The notes beneath the pieces are model-generated. The model made no database searches, was not told the origin of the DNA, and saw nothing but the letters and a program-made list of their open reading frames with translations. The position numbers and the translations under genes are program-made. From assembly GCA_027020665.1 (NCBI GenBank), contig JALUVJ010000014.1, positions 466 to 64,465 on the forward strand: a stretch of 64,000 nt of DNA, given 5' to 3'. The stretch is from Nitrospira sp. GTDB taxonomy: Bacteria; Nitrospirota; Nitrospiria; SBBL01; JAADHI01. Below, one piece after another: positions 50,131-59,222 of the stretch (position 1 is its first letter; the number at the start of each line of letters is the position of its first letter).

Positions 50131-51620
50131 TGGATCACCCCCTTTGCCAGCATCATGAAATAACTCGGAAAGAGACCGATCAAAAGCGAAAGCGTCGCGG
50201 TAACGACGAGCGGCACAACGACAAAATAAGGGGCTTCTTTAATGTCATCGTGGTGAATGCCGTAATTGCCCTCGGCCTCTGCCGAGCGGTCTGCGGGTTT
50301 GTGAAAAAAAGCCTTAAAAATGATGGGCACAAAATAGCCGACATTAAGCACCGTGCTTGCGAGCAGGACAAAAAGAATCGGAATTTGATCGGCTTCAATA
50401 CTGCCGAGCGCCAAGTACCATTTTGTAATAAAACCCGCCGCCGGCGGCACGCCGATCATGCTCAGGGTGCCGATGGCAAAAGCCGTCATTGTCCAGGGCA
50501 TTTTACGTCCGATGCCGTTGAGTTCGCTGATCTTGATTTTGTGTGTCGCCACATAAATCGACCCCGCACAGAAAAAGAGGGTGATTTTGGAAAAGGCATG
50601 GTTTGCAATGTGTATCACACTGCCCGTCATGCTGCTGGGTGTCAACAAGGCCGCGCCCAGAATGATATATGAAAGCTGACTTACGGTGGAATAGGCAAGC
50701 CGTGCTTTGAGATTATCTCGTGTGAGTGCGTAAACGGATGCCGTGATAATCGTGAATGACACAAAAAAAGCGGTTGGGATGCCCAAATGAAGTGATTGCA
50801 TCAAATCGACACCGAAGACATGAAAGATGATGCGCAACACGGAAAAGACGCCGACCTTCACAACCGCCACGGCGTGTAACAAAGCACTGACAGGCGTGGG
50901 CGCAACCATTGCTGCAGGCAGCCAGGCGTGAAAAGGCATGATGCCTGCTTTGGCGATGCCTGCGATAAAAAGAATGTAGATAACAGTCAACATCATCGGC
51001 GAGCCTTGACCGGAAAAAAGACCGTCTTGGGCAAAATCGAGGGTGCCCGCAACATTGTAGGTTAAAATCAACGCGGCCAGGAAAAAGGTTTTTGAGGTGC
51101 CGAAAAGGTAGATCATGTATTTTTTGGCACCCTCGAAAGAAGTCTGTGTGCCCTTGTGATTGACGAGCGGAAAGGTGAAAAAACTCAAAATTTCATAGAA
51201 AATAAAGAGTGTAAGCAAGTTTGCCGAAAGAGCAACGGCTAAGGCGGAAGAGACGCTGATGGCAAAACAGGAAAAATAGCGGGTCTGATGGATTTCTTTG
51301 GCCGTTCGCATGTAGCCGATGGAATAACAGGAGGTGATAATCCAAAGAAAAGAAGCGACGGTCGCAAAAAAGAGCCCCAGCGCATCCGCCTTAAAGGCAA
51401 TGGCAAGGCTCGGCACAAAGGTGAAAAGCGTGTATTCAAACGCGCCGCCGGCGAGCACATGCGGGGCCATTGAAATCACGATGAAAAAGGTGATTACCCC
51501 TGCGCCAATCGAGACGCCTTCTCTCAGATTGGGATCTTTGTCAAACTTTAAAACAATCCCTGCCGCGATCATCGAGACAAGTACGGCCAAAAGGGGCCTG
51601 ATCGATTCAACTGCTTCCAC
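50127..51620 (-). CDS. Additional MrpD/NuoL-M-N-family antiporter-like subunit
   Basis: 497 aa with FIFYEILSF, FHAWLPAAMVAPTPVSALLHA and ARLAYSTVSQLSYI. It has no lateral-helix tail. The stop overlaps the nuoL-like start (ATGA). Confidence 0.7.
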   Translation of the reverse strand: MEAVESIRPLLAVLVSMIAAGIVLKFDKDPNLREGVSIGAGVITFFIVISMAPHVLAGGAFEYTLFTFVPSLAIAFKADALGLFFATVASFLWIITSCYSIGYMRTAKEIHQTRYFSCFAISVSSALAVALSANLLTLFIFYEILSFFTFPLVNHKGTQTSFEGAKKYMIYLFGTSKTFFLAALILTYNVAGTLDFAQDGLFSGQGSPMMLTVIYILFIAGIAKAGIMPFHAWLPAAMVAPTPVSALLHAVAVVKVGVFSVLRIIFHVFGVDLMQSLHLGIPTAFFVSFTIITASVYALTRDNLKARLAYSTVSQLSYIILGAALLTPSSMTGSVIHIANHAFSKITLFFCAGSIYVATHKIKISELNGIGRKMPWTMTAFAIGTLSMIGVPPAAGFITKWYLALGSIEADQIPILFVLLASTVLNVGYFVPIIFKAFFHKPADRSAEAEGNYGIHHDDIKEAPYFVVVPLVVTATLSLLIGLFPSYFMMLAKGVIQ

Positions 51621-51651
51621 GCTAATCTTTACCTGCTTCCGATAATAGTGA

Positions 51652-51954
51652 TTACCACTTCATCAAGTTGAGTTCGTCAACATTCGTGACGGCTTTTCTA
51701 CGGAAGAGTACGATGATAATCGCAAGTCCGACCGCAGCCTCGGCCGCAGCAACCGTGATAATAAAAAGCGAAATCACTTGGCCGTCGATTGCGCCGTAAT
51801 GCCGCGAAAAGGCCACCAGGTTGATATTGGCCGCATTCAACATCAGTTCGATGGAAAATAAAATGATCAAAAAATTTTTCCGAATCAGCACGCCCACCAA
51901 TCCCACGACAAACATAATGGTGGAGACTGCAACGTAATAAGACAAAGGAATCAT
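51652..51954 (-). CDS. nuoK: NADH-quinone oxidoreductase subunit K
   Basis: 100 aa from the MIPLSYY start, with three TM helices. Has LFSIELMLNAANINLVAF and AAAEAAVGLAI motifs. The longer ORF-track form overlaps nuoJ and is rejected. Confidence 0.85.
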   Translation of the reverse strand: MIPLSYYVAVSTIMFVVGLVGVLIRKNFLIILFSIELMLNAANINLVAFSRHYGAIDGQVISLFIITVAAAEAAVGLAIIIVLFRRKAVTNVDELNLMKW

Positions 51955-51964
51955 AAAATCATTT

Positions 51965-52474
51965 CTAACGTGCGGGGACTTTTTTCGCCAAAACCAATGC
52001 CCCGATGACGGCGCCCAGCAAGATAACCCCCACAATTTCAAAGGGCAATAAATATTTAGTAAAAAGCGCGATCCCGATTTGTGCCGTATTGCCCAGGGTG
52101 TCTTCGGTGATCGGGCCTGTTTCGGGCGCGGAAGAAAACAGAGGGGATTGAAAAAGGCCGATTAATATTTCAAAAATCAGCACGACCCCGAAAAAGATCG
52201 CGATGCCCACTTGTTTGTGTAAAAATTTTTCTGCGGTTTTTAAATCCAGCAGCATGATGACAAAAATATACAAAACGAGCACGGCCCCGGCATACACGAT
52301 GACTTGCAGCGCCGCAATAAATTCCGCGTGTAAGAGTACAAAGAGACCTGCCACGTGCAGCAAGGTCGAAAGCAGGGCAAGCGAGCAATAAACGGGACTT
52401 CTTAAGCCAATCGTCAGAATAGATGAAACAATGGTGAGGGTCGCAAAATAGATGAAAAAAAGGAGTTCAACCAT
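51965..52474 (-). CDS. nuoJ: NADH-quinone oxidoreductase subunit J
   Basis: 169 aa with the AALQVIVYAGAVLVLYIFVIMLL motif. Confidence 0.85.
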   Translation of the reverse strand: MVELLFFIYFATLTIVSSILTIGLRSPVYCSLALLSTLLHVAGLFVLLHAEFIAALQVIVYAGAVLVLYIFVIMLLDLKTAEKFLHKQVGIAIFFGVVLIFEILIGLFQSPLFSSAPETGPITEDTLGNTAQIGIALFTKYLLPFEIVGVILLGAVIGALVLAKKVPAR

Positions 52475-52480
52475 CTGATT

Positions 52481-53056
52481 TTACTTTTTCTCTTCCTGTT
52501 CAGGTTCTTCTTGCCGTGAAGAGGGGAAACGATAACGATATTGACTTACGACCTCTTCATCTTCGCCTTCTTGATTGTGGGCAACGAGATATCCCTTTGC
52601 TTCGCGGTGCAATTTTTCGCCGATATCGTAGAGCTTCGTTTTATCGAAAATCAGATCTCTTTTATTGATGGTTGAATATTCATACATCTTGGTCATGGCC
52701 AAGGCGTTGACCGGGCAGGCCTCAACACAAAACCCGCAGAACACACATTTTGTAATATCAATATCAAAAGAGCTGGCATATCGTCTGACGACATATCCGT
52801 CTTTTTCATCCACTTCACTCACAACGGTAATACAAGCAGATGGGCAGGCCGCACCGCAAAGATCGCAGCCGACACAACGTTCTTCCTGACTTTCCTCATA
52901 TCGTAAGAGGCACAGCGCACCCCGTTGCGTATTGGGGAGAGCTGTTTTTTCATGTGGATATTGAAGCGTTACCTCTTTTACGAAGTAGTGACTGAAAACC
53001 AGCTTCAAAGCCTTCACGATTTCCACAAAAAGGAAGTTGTAGAGAATTTTTCTCAC
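52481..53056 (-). CDS. nuoI: NADH-quinone oxidoreductase subunit I (2x[4Fe-4S]), with acidic C-terminal tail
   Basis: 191 aa with CVGCDLCGAACP and CVFCGFCVEACP. Confidence 0.9.
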   Translation of the reverse strand: MRKILYNFLFVEIVKALKLVFSHYFVKEVTLQYPHEKTALPNTQRGALCLLRYEESQEERCVGCDLCGAACPSACITVVSEVDEKDGYVVRRYASSFDIDITKCVFCGFCVEACPVNALAMTKMYEYSTINKRDLIFDKTKLYDIGEKLHREAKGYLVAHNQEGEDEEVVSQYRYRFPSSRQEEPEQEEKK

Positions 53057-55848
53057 GCCGCATCCTCTGCGGAGAGGTTTTTCGCCGCATTTTTTCCGGC
53101 GTCCTCCATCGTGTCTTCGGCAGCATCTTCGGGGGTAATCACTCTCAAATCGAGGGAAGCCGAGGGTTCCAGGGTGACCGCACCGGTTTTGAAATAAATA
53201 ACCTTGCTCTTTGCATCAATTTCGGTGGCCAAGAGGTCTTTCACGGGAGGATCATTAAAATGAACGGGATAGTGAACGAGTCCCTTGGGCAGTTCCGGTG
53301 TGATTTCGATTTGAACTTCGAGTTGTCCCAGGGGCGATTTAATATTGACGGAATCACCCGTTTGCAGGTTCCCCAAGGCTTCCGCATCGGCTTCGCTGAT
53401 GTGCAGGACGGCCTTGTCGTAAATTTTCATCAGCCCTTTGTCGCGTGTCGTGAGTTTCCCGGAGTGATAAAGCACTTGTTGCAAGGAAAGCGTCATGGTA
53501 TTTTTCCGCGTATCCTGCGCCGGAGCAGCATAACGCTCCGGAATATCTTCGGCGAAGTTTTCAGGGAGATCGCTCGTCTCATGTACTTTGTCTTGTGCGT
53601 AATAGCCCGGCACCATCTGAGAAATTTCCCGGCGAATTTCTTCCACCGAATGATATTGAACGGGATGGCCGAGATGTTTGGATAAATCGGTTAAGATTTT
53701 CCAATCGGGCCGGGCCTCGCCTCTGGGATCAAAGGCTTCCGTGACACGATTGACTGCGCCCATAATATTGGTGTAAGTGCCTTCTTTTTCCGCAAAAGTC
53801 GCGGCGGGCAGGATGACATCGGCGATTTCTGCCGTTTCGCTCATGAAGGGGTCTTGGCAAACAATGAAGTCGATTTTTTCCAATGCCTCCCGTACCTTCA
53901 TCGAAGCGGGCAGGGTGCCGAGCGGGTTTTCACCCACCAGATAGAGCGCCTTGATTTCACCGCGATGCGCGGCTTCAATGATTTCGGAGAGGCTCAATCC
54001 GGGTGAGCCGCCCGTTGATTCGGGTAAAGACGCATGCCAAGCGTTTGCGAATTGTCGGCGCGCGTCTTCAGCGGCATAAGAAACTTGGCCCGGCAGAAAT
54101 TCGGGCACCGCGCCCATATCGACCGCGCCCTGTTCGTTGTTTTCCTCACAAACCGGGAGGATGCCTGCGCCTTCTTTTCTGAAAAGCCCGGTCAAAAGGG
54201 CAAGATCGATCAAACGCCGCACATTTTGATACGCGCCTTTTTCCGAAACGATGTCTTCACCCCAAAGCAGCACGCCACGTTTCGACTGCGCAAGCAGTAT
54301 TGCGGCTTCTTCTATTTTTTCCCATTCCAATCCGGTTTTTTCCGAAACCCTTGTCTCTGAAATCCGCGCGACCGCCTCTTTCAAGGCAGCGTAGGCTTCA
54401 GATTGTTTTTCGATAAAATCAGGGTCGGTCAAGCCTTTTGCAATCACCGCCTTAACCAGTCCCTGAATCAAGTCTCCTTCGGAATGCGGGGCAATCTGAA
54501 GGGGGTGCGTGGCGAGTTTCATGATTTTTGTTTCCGTGTCATCGGCGACAAGCAGTTTTCCTGCAAATTCGCTCATGGACGCCTTGACCCGAAGTGCGGT
54601 AATCGGGTTGGTTTCCGTCAGGTTTGAACCGATCATGAGAATTGCATCGGAAAGCGCGAGTTGTTTTTCATCGACGGTTGCGCCTCCGATATTTACGGTT
54701 TCGCGCAGGGCCAGCACAGAGTTCATGTGGCCGTAGCGTGCGGCGGTGTCGATGTTGTTGGTTTCCAAGATTGAACGCATTAGTCTCTGAAAAAGATACA
54801 CGCTTTCGTTTGTACACCGCCCGCTGATGAGTCCTGCAATCGCCTGTCCGCCGTGTGTCGCTTTGATGTCGTTCAAGCGTTTACCGATGTCGATCAGTGT
54901 TTTAAACCAAGGTGCTTCTACAAATTGCCCTTCGGTTTTCACAAGAGGTTTCGAAAGCCGTGCGTCACTCATCACATATTGAAAGCCAAACCGGCCGCGT
55001 ACACAGATGCCGCCGTGCCCTTCGCCGGGTTCTACGTCAAAACCCCACTTGGATTCGTAGGAGAGTTCTGAGGTGACCACCATAATGTCACGCGCATTTG
55101 TTTCAAGTGTGATCGAGCAGCCGTCCGAGCAGAAGCTGCAGGTGGTTTCCGTCTTTTTGAGTTGCCAGGGTTTAAAGGTGTATTTCGAAAACTTGCTGAC
55201 AATGGCGCCGACCGGACAGACGGCCAGACAGTCGCCGCAGAATTCGCAATAGAGGGTTTCTCCGCCGTGTGCGCCGACGTGCTTCTGTTTGTCTTTTTTA
55301 TAAAAACAGAGGGCGTCGACCAGTTGCACTTCCTTACAGATGTTGATGCACTGGCCGCAGAGGATGCAGCGTTCCATGTTGAAGTCGAGCACCAGGCTGC
55401 GCGTATCTTCCGGGATTTGTTTCCGTTTACCTTCTTTGATGTCATAAACTTCGAGGTCGTAGGCCATGTCCTGCAATTCGCACTGGCCGTCTTTGTCACA
55501 GACGGGACAATCCAGGGGATGGGTTTTGAGGTGTTTTTCAACGGCACCTTTTCTGGCCTCGACTATTTTATCCGTCCCGGTTGAGACGACCATGCCTTCG
55601 GTCACCTTGGCCGTGCAAGCACGGACATTATGTTTTTTGCCCTCGACTTCAACCAAGCAGAGGCCGCAGGAGCCAAAAGGGGAAAAGCTGTAATGGTAAC
55701 ACATGGCCGGGAGTTGTGTGCCGGTCCATTTTACCGCGTTGAAGAGGGAGGAGCCCTCTTCGGCGGTTACGACTTGACCGTCGATGGTCAACTCGACCAT
55801 CTTTTTGACCGCATCGGGTGCAGCACTTTGTTTGCCGACGCTACTCAT
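53053..55848 (-). CDS. nuoG: NADH-quinone oxidoreductase subunit G-like (2Fe-2S, His-ligated and Cys 4Fe-4S clusters, molybdopterin-oxidoreductase fold)
   Basis: 931 aa with CYHYSFSPFGSCGLCLVEV...C, HPLDCPVCDKDGQCELQ, CILCGQCINIC, CEFCGDCLAVCPVGA and CSFCSDGC. Confidence 0.8.
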   Translation of the reverse strand: MSSVGKQSAAPDAVKKMVELTIDGQVVTAEEGSSLFNAVKWTGTQLPAMCYHYSFSPFGSCGLCLVEVEGKKHNVRACTAKVTEGMVVSTGTDKIVEARKGAVEKHLKTHPLDCPVCDKDGQCELQDMAYDLEVYDIKEGKRKQIPEDTRSLVLDFNMERCILCGQCINICKEVQLVDALCFYKKDKQKHVGAHGGETLYCEFCGDCLAVCPVGAIVSKFSKYTFKPWQLKKTETTCSFCSDGCSITLETNARDIMVVTSELSYESKWGFDVEPGEGHGGICVRGRFGFQYVMSDARLSKPLVKTEGQFVEAPWFKTLIDIGKRLNDIKATHGGQAIAGLISGRCTNESVYLFQRLMRSILETNNIDTAARYGHMNSVLALRETVNIGGATVDEKQLALSDAILMIGSNLTETNPITALRVKASMSEFAGKLLVADDTETKIMKLATHPLQIAPHSEGDLIQGLVKAVIAKGLTDPDFIEKQSEAYAALKEAVARISETRVSEKTGLEWEKIEEAAILLAQSKRGVLLWGEDIVSEKGAYQNVRRLIDLALLTGLFRKEGAGILPVCEENNEQGAVDMGAVPEFLPGQVSYAAEDARRQFANAWHASLPESTGGSPGLSLSEIIEAAHRGEIKALYLVGENPLGTLPASMKVREALEKIDFIVCQDPFMSETAEIADVILPAATFAEKEGTYTNIMGAVNRVTEAFDPRGEARPDWKILTDLSKHLGHPVQYHSVEEIRREISQMVPGYYAQDKVHETSDLPENFAEDIPERYAAPAQDTRKNTMTLSLQQVLYHSGKLTTRDKGLMKIYDKAVLHISEADAEALGNLQTGDSVNIKSPLGQLEVQIEITPELPKGLVHYPVHFNDPPVKDLLATEIDAKSKVIYFKTGAVTLEPSASLDLRVITPEDAAEDTMEDAGKNAAKNLSAEDAA

Positions 55849-55851
55849 CGT

Positions 55852-57066
55852 TTATCGATCACACTCACCCATGACGATGTCATAGGTGCCGAAAATCGTA
55901 ATAATATCGGCGATCATATAACCTTTCGCCATATGATCAAAGGCGCCCATGTGCACAAAAGAAGGGGCGCGGATTTTCATACGGTAAGGTTTTCCGCCGC
56001 CTTGACTGACAATGTAAAAACCCAATTCGCCTTTGTGGGCTTCGGTTCCGCAATAGATATCGCCTTCGGGGGCGTTAAAACCGCCGGAATACAGTTTAAA
56101 TTGATAGATCATGCTTTCCATATCGGTGAAAACCCGTTCTTTGTCCGGCGCGACAAACTTCGGTAAATAGGCTTTATAAGGGCCTTTCGGCAGTTGGTCC
56201 AGGCATTGGCGGATGATTTTGCTGCTCTCTTTCATCTCTTCCATGCGGATCCAGTAACGGTCGTAGGTATCGCCTTTTGTGCCCAGGGGCACGGTCCACT
56301 CGACATGGCCGTATGCGCCGTAAGGACTGACTTTTCTGAGATCGTAGTCCACACCGGAGCCGCGCAAGGTCGGCCCCGTGAGGCCGTATGCGATGGCGTC
56401 CTCACCCGAAATCACCGCGATGTCTTTTGTGCGGGCCAGCCAGATCCGGTTTCGAATGAGCAAGGCATCGTATTCGGCGATTTTTTCGGGAAAGCTGTCG
56501 ATGAATCGGTATAAATCGTCGATAATTTTGTCGGTGAAATCCCGTTCGACGCCGCCCACACGGTACCAAGAGGTTGTCAAACGTGCGCCGCATAAATCGA
56601 CAAAGAGATCCAAAAGCACTTCACGATCCCGAAAGGTAAAAAAGAAGACTGTCATCGCGCCGATATCCAGGGCCTGCGTGCCGAGCCAGAAGAGGTGGCC
56701 GATGATGCGCTGGACCTCCGCGACGATGGTACGCAGGTATTCGGCGCGCCAGGGCACGGTGATGTCGAGCAGCTTTTCCACGGCGCGCACATAGGCGAAG
56801 TTGTTGTACATGGCGCAAATGTAATCCAGCCGGTCGGTGTGCGGGATGAATTGATTGTAGGTGATTTGCTCCGCGATTTTTTCGACGCCGCGATGCAGAA
56901 AGCCCAGTACCGGTTCGGACTTGATGACTTTTTCTCCTTCAAGCGTCACGATGACTTTCAGCACCCCGTGTGTCGAGGGATGCTGCGGGCCGAGATTCAG
57001 CAGGACCTCTTCCGTTTTTAGCAGCGGAAGCGATGCTTCTTCGGTCGGTGGGTTTTCTACAGCCAT
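55852..57066 (-). CDS. nuoD: NADH-quinone oxidoreductase subunit D
   Basis: 404 aa with LNLGPQHPSTHGVLKV and the C-terminal DIVMGECDR. Confidence 0.9.
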   Translation of the reverse strand: MAVENPPTEEASLPLLKTEEVLLNLGPQHPSTHGVLKVIVTLEGEKVIKSEPVLGFLHRGVEKIAEQITYNQFIPHTDRLDYICAMYNNFAYVRAVEKLLDITVPWRAEYLRTIVAEVQRIIGHLFWLGTQALDIGAMTVFFFTFRDREVLLDLFVDLCGARLTTSWYRVGGVERDFTDKIIDDLYRFIDSFPEKIAEYDALLIRNRIWLARTKDIAVISGEDAIAYGLTGPTLRGSGVDYDLRKVSPYGAYGHVEWTVPLGTKGDTYDRYWIRMEEMKESSKIIRQCLDQLPKGPYKAYLPKFVAPDKERVFTDMESMIYQFKLYSGGFNAPEGDIYCGTEAHKGELGFYIVSQGGGKPYRMKIRAPSFVHMGAFDHMAKGYMIADIITIFGTYDIVMGECDR

Positions 57067-57084
57067 AAGGTCTCTACCTTGCCG

Positions 57085-57621
57085 TTAATGTGGAAAATCA
57101 AAGGTATCTCGCCACCCTCGCCCCTGAATCGGAAAATTCTTCCGCAAGGGGTAGCCTTCATCGTATTCATCCGGCAGCAGAATACGTTTCATCTCGGGGT
57201 GATTGTTGAAACGAATGCCCATCATATCGTAAACCTCACGCTCCAAGTAATTGGCCCCTGCCCAAAGCGGGGTTACGGAATCAATGACACAATCATCTTC
57301 GGGCACGCGGGTTTTGAGGCGGATCTGGTGTTTTTTGCGAATGGAATAAAATTCATACACGACTTCAAAACGTTCCGCTTCGTTAGGAAAATCCACGGAA
57401 CTGATATGTATGGGATAATCAAAATCAAGTGCGGGGTCTTCTTTCAAAAAACGGCAGATCGAGAAGAGGCCCTCCCGTTTTAAATGGATCGAAAGATCGT
57501 CTCTAAAAAGCGTGGCGCCAATATAAAAATCGGCAAACTCCGCTTGGATTTTTTGGGCAAGCGGGTGATCTGCGCCGTTTTTCATGCCGCGAGGCACTTT
57601 AAAGGGTTTGGCTTTTCTCAT
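57085..57621 (-). CDS. nuoC: NADH-quinone oxidoreductase subunit C
   Basis: 178 aa from MRKAKPF, whose ATG overlaps the nuoB stop (ATGA). Has [16 protein letters not shown] and the LLPDEYDGYPLRK-like end. Confidence 0.8.
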   Translation of the reverse strand: MRKAKPFKVPRGMKNGADHPLAQKIQAEFADFYIGATLFRDDLSIHLKREGLFSICRFLKEDPALDFDYPIHISSVDFPNEAERFEVVYEFYSIRKKHQIRLKTRVPEDDCVIDSVTPLWAGANYLEREVYDMMGIRFNNHPEMKRILLPDEYDEGYPLRKNFPIQGRGWRDTFDFPH

Positions 57622-58097
57622 GCTTTGATAAAGACCTTCTTTTTCATGATTTGAGCTTGCAGGGTCAACAAACCTTCCAATAGCGCCTCCGGGGTCGGGG
57701 GGCAACCCGGCACATAAACATCAACGGGTAAAAAACGGTCAACCCCTTGCACGACCGGATAGGCATCATAAATATTGCCCGATGTCGCGCAGGAGCCCAT
57801 CGCGATGACGTAGCGCGGTTCGGGCATTTGGTCGTAGACTTTTCGAATGACGGGCGCCATGCGGCGGCACACGGTGCCTGCAATAATAATTAGGTCGGAT
57901 TGCCGGGGCGATCCGCGAAAAATTCCCGCGCCGAAACGGTCCATGTCGTAACGTGAGGCGACGGCGGCCATCATTTCAATCGCGCAGCAGGCCAGACCGA
58001 AAACCATGGGCCAAAGCGAGCCTTTTCGGGCCCAGTTGACGGCATGATCCAGTTTCAGCGTAACAAAATTGGCTTCGAATTTGCCGGTCAGTCCCAT
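57618..58097 (-). CDS. nuoB: NADH-quinone oxidoreductase subunit B
   Basis: 159 aa with [15 protein letters not shown] and [10 protein letters not shown] cluster-N2 motifs. Confidence 0.9.
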   Translation of the reverse strand: MGLTGKFEANFVTLKLDHAVNWARKGSLWPMVFGLACCAIEMMAAVASRYDMDRFGAGIFRGSPRQSDLIIIAGTVCRRMAPVIRKVYDQMPEPRYVIAMGSCATSGNIYDAYPVVQGVDRFLPVDVYVPGCPPTPEALLEGLLTLQAQIMKKKVFIKA

Positions 58098-58468
58098 TCA
58101 AGCCCTCCTTTTTTCCAGGCATACACATAGGCAATAATAAAGAGCGCGATAAAGATAAGCATTTCAATCAAACCGAAAAGACCGATTTTATTAAAAACAA
58201 CGGCCCAGGGGTAGAGAAAAGCCACTTCCACATCAAAGATGACGAAGAGCATGGCGATGATGTAGTAGCGGGCGGGAAAAGGGGTTCTGGCATCGGAAAT
58301 CGGTTCACTGCCGCATTCGTAGGGGGAGAGCTTTTCGGGGTCGTTGATGCGAACTTGGACAAAGTAGCTGAGGACGAGCGTGCCGATGCCAAAAACAAGG
58401 GAAACAAGGATAAAGATAAAGACCGGGATGTAATTGATTGGCGGCGCCGCATTAAGCATGTAAAGCAC
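58088..58468 (-). CDS. nuoA: NADH-quinone oxidoreductase subunit A
   Basis: 126 aa with three TM helices, and YECGSEP and [12 protein letters not shown] motifs. Confidence 0.85.
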   Translation of the reverse strand: MLYMLNAAPPINYIPVFIFILVSLVFGIGTLVLSYFVQVRINDPEKLSPYECGSEPISDARTPFPARYYIIAMLFVIFDVEVAFLYPWAVVFNKIGLFGLIEMLIFIALFIIAYVYAWKKGGLEWD

Positions 58469-58617
58469 TCCATATCAATGATAAAAGGTATTGCAGAAAA
58501 ATACGCGTCATAGTAGCGTGTTGAGCCAAGAATCTTCAATGAAGGAAAAGGCCTATTCTTTGGGGTTTTTATAGGTCTTTTGTACTAATAACACACCATA
58601 TATGGGAGATGAGATGC

Positions 58618-58652
58618 GTTCAAGGTCTCTCCGGAATGGAGAGACCTTGAAC
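58618..58652 (-). terminator. Perfect 15-bp hairpin 7 nt downstream of the TPR lipoprotein gene, upstream of the nuo operon
   Basis: GTTCAAGGTCTCTCC-GGAAT-GGAGAGACCTTGAAC, read directly from the sequence. No U-tract follows on either strand. Confidence 0.45.
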
Positions 58653-58658
58653 GGCGGA

Positions 58659-59051
58659 TTATAAATTGAGGTGTTTTTTCAACATGGGGTTTTCGGAAAT
58701 TTTGGCATTGCTTCCCCCCAGATCCTTTGCCTTTTGAAATGAGCTTGTCGCTTTTGCGTGGTCACCGAGGCCGTCAAATGCAACCGCCATATTAAAATGC
58801 GCCTCCGCAAAGTTGGGATTGGCCGAGAGCGCTTCTTTAAAAAAGTCGAGCGCAATGTCATAGTGTCCTTGAACCAGGTGATCCACGCCTTCATTGTTTT
58901 TTGAAGCGGCCGTGCCCGTCACGCTTCCCGGAGACATGAGCGCCGGAATCTGCGAACGTGAATTGCTTGTGCCGCTCCCGGAGCAGGCGGAGAAGGTCAT
59001 CAGTAATAGAGGGATAAGCAAGTGCCTGAAAGATGGTCTGTAAGGTCTCAT
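58659..59051 (-). CDS. TPR-repeat lipoprotein
   Basis: 130 aa from MRPYRPS (AGGGAGG RBS). Has the lipobox LMTFSAC. The TPR-like helices include YDIALDFFKEALSANPNFAEAHFNMAVAFDGLGDHAKA. Confidence 0.6.
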   Translation of the reverse strand: MRPYRPSFRHLLIPLLLMTFSACSGSGTSNSRSQIPALMSPGSVTGTAASKNNEGVDHLVQGHYDIALDFFKEALSANPNFAEAHFNMAVAFDGLGDHAKATSSFQKAKDLGGSNAKISENPMLKKHLNL

Positions 59052-59222
59052 AACAGATCCTCCCTTAGATTGTGATGATGGTCTACCCATCATACACATA
59101 ACAATAGCCGGTTTTACGCAATGGGGCAATGCCCCGAAGTGGGTATTTAAAAGCGGTTTTTGTGTGAGGACCGTTGAGGAAACGAGGCAGGAATGATTGG
59201 CAGATGTTCACAGCCTATTCCA

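Noticed and set aside
57622-57705. Longer form of nuoC (206 aa) overlapping nuoB by 88 nt.
   Set aside because: ATG 57621 gives the usual ATGA coupling to the nuoB stop. The extra 28 residues have no NuoC-like character.
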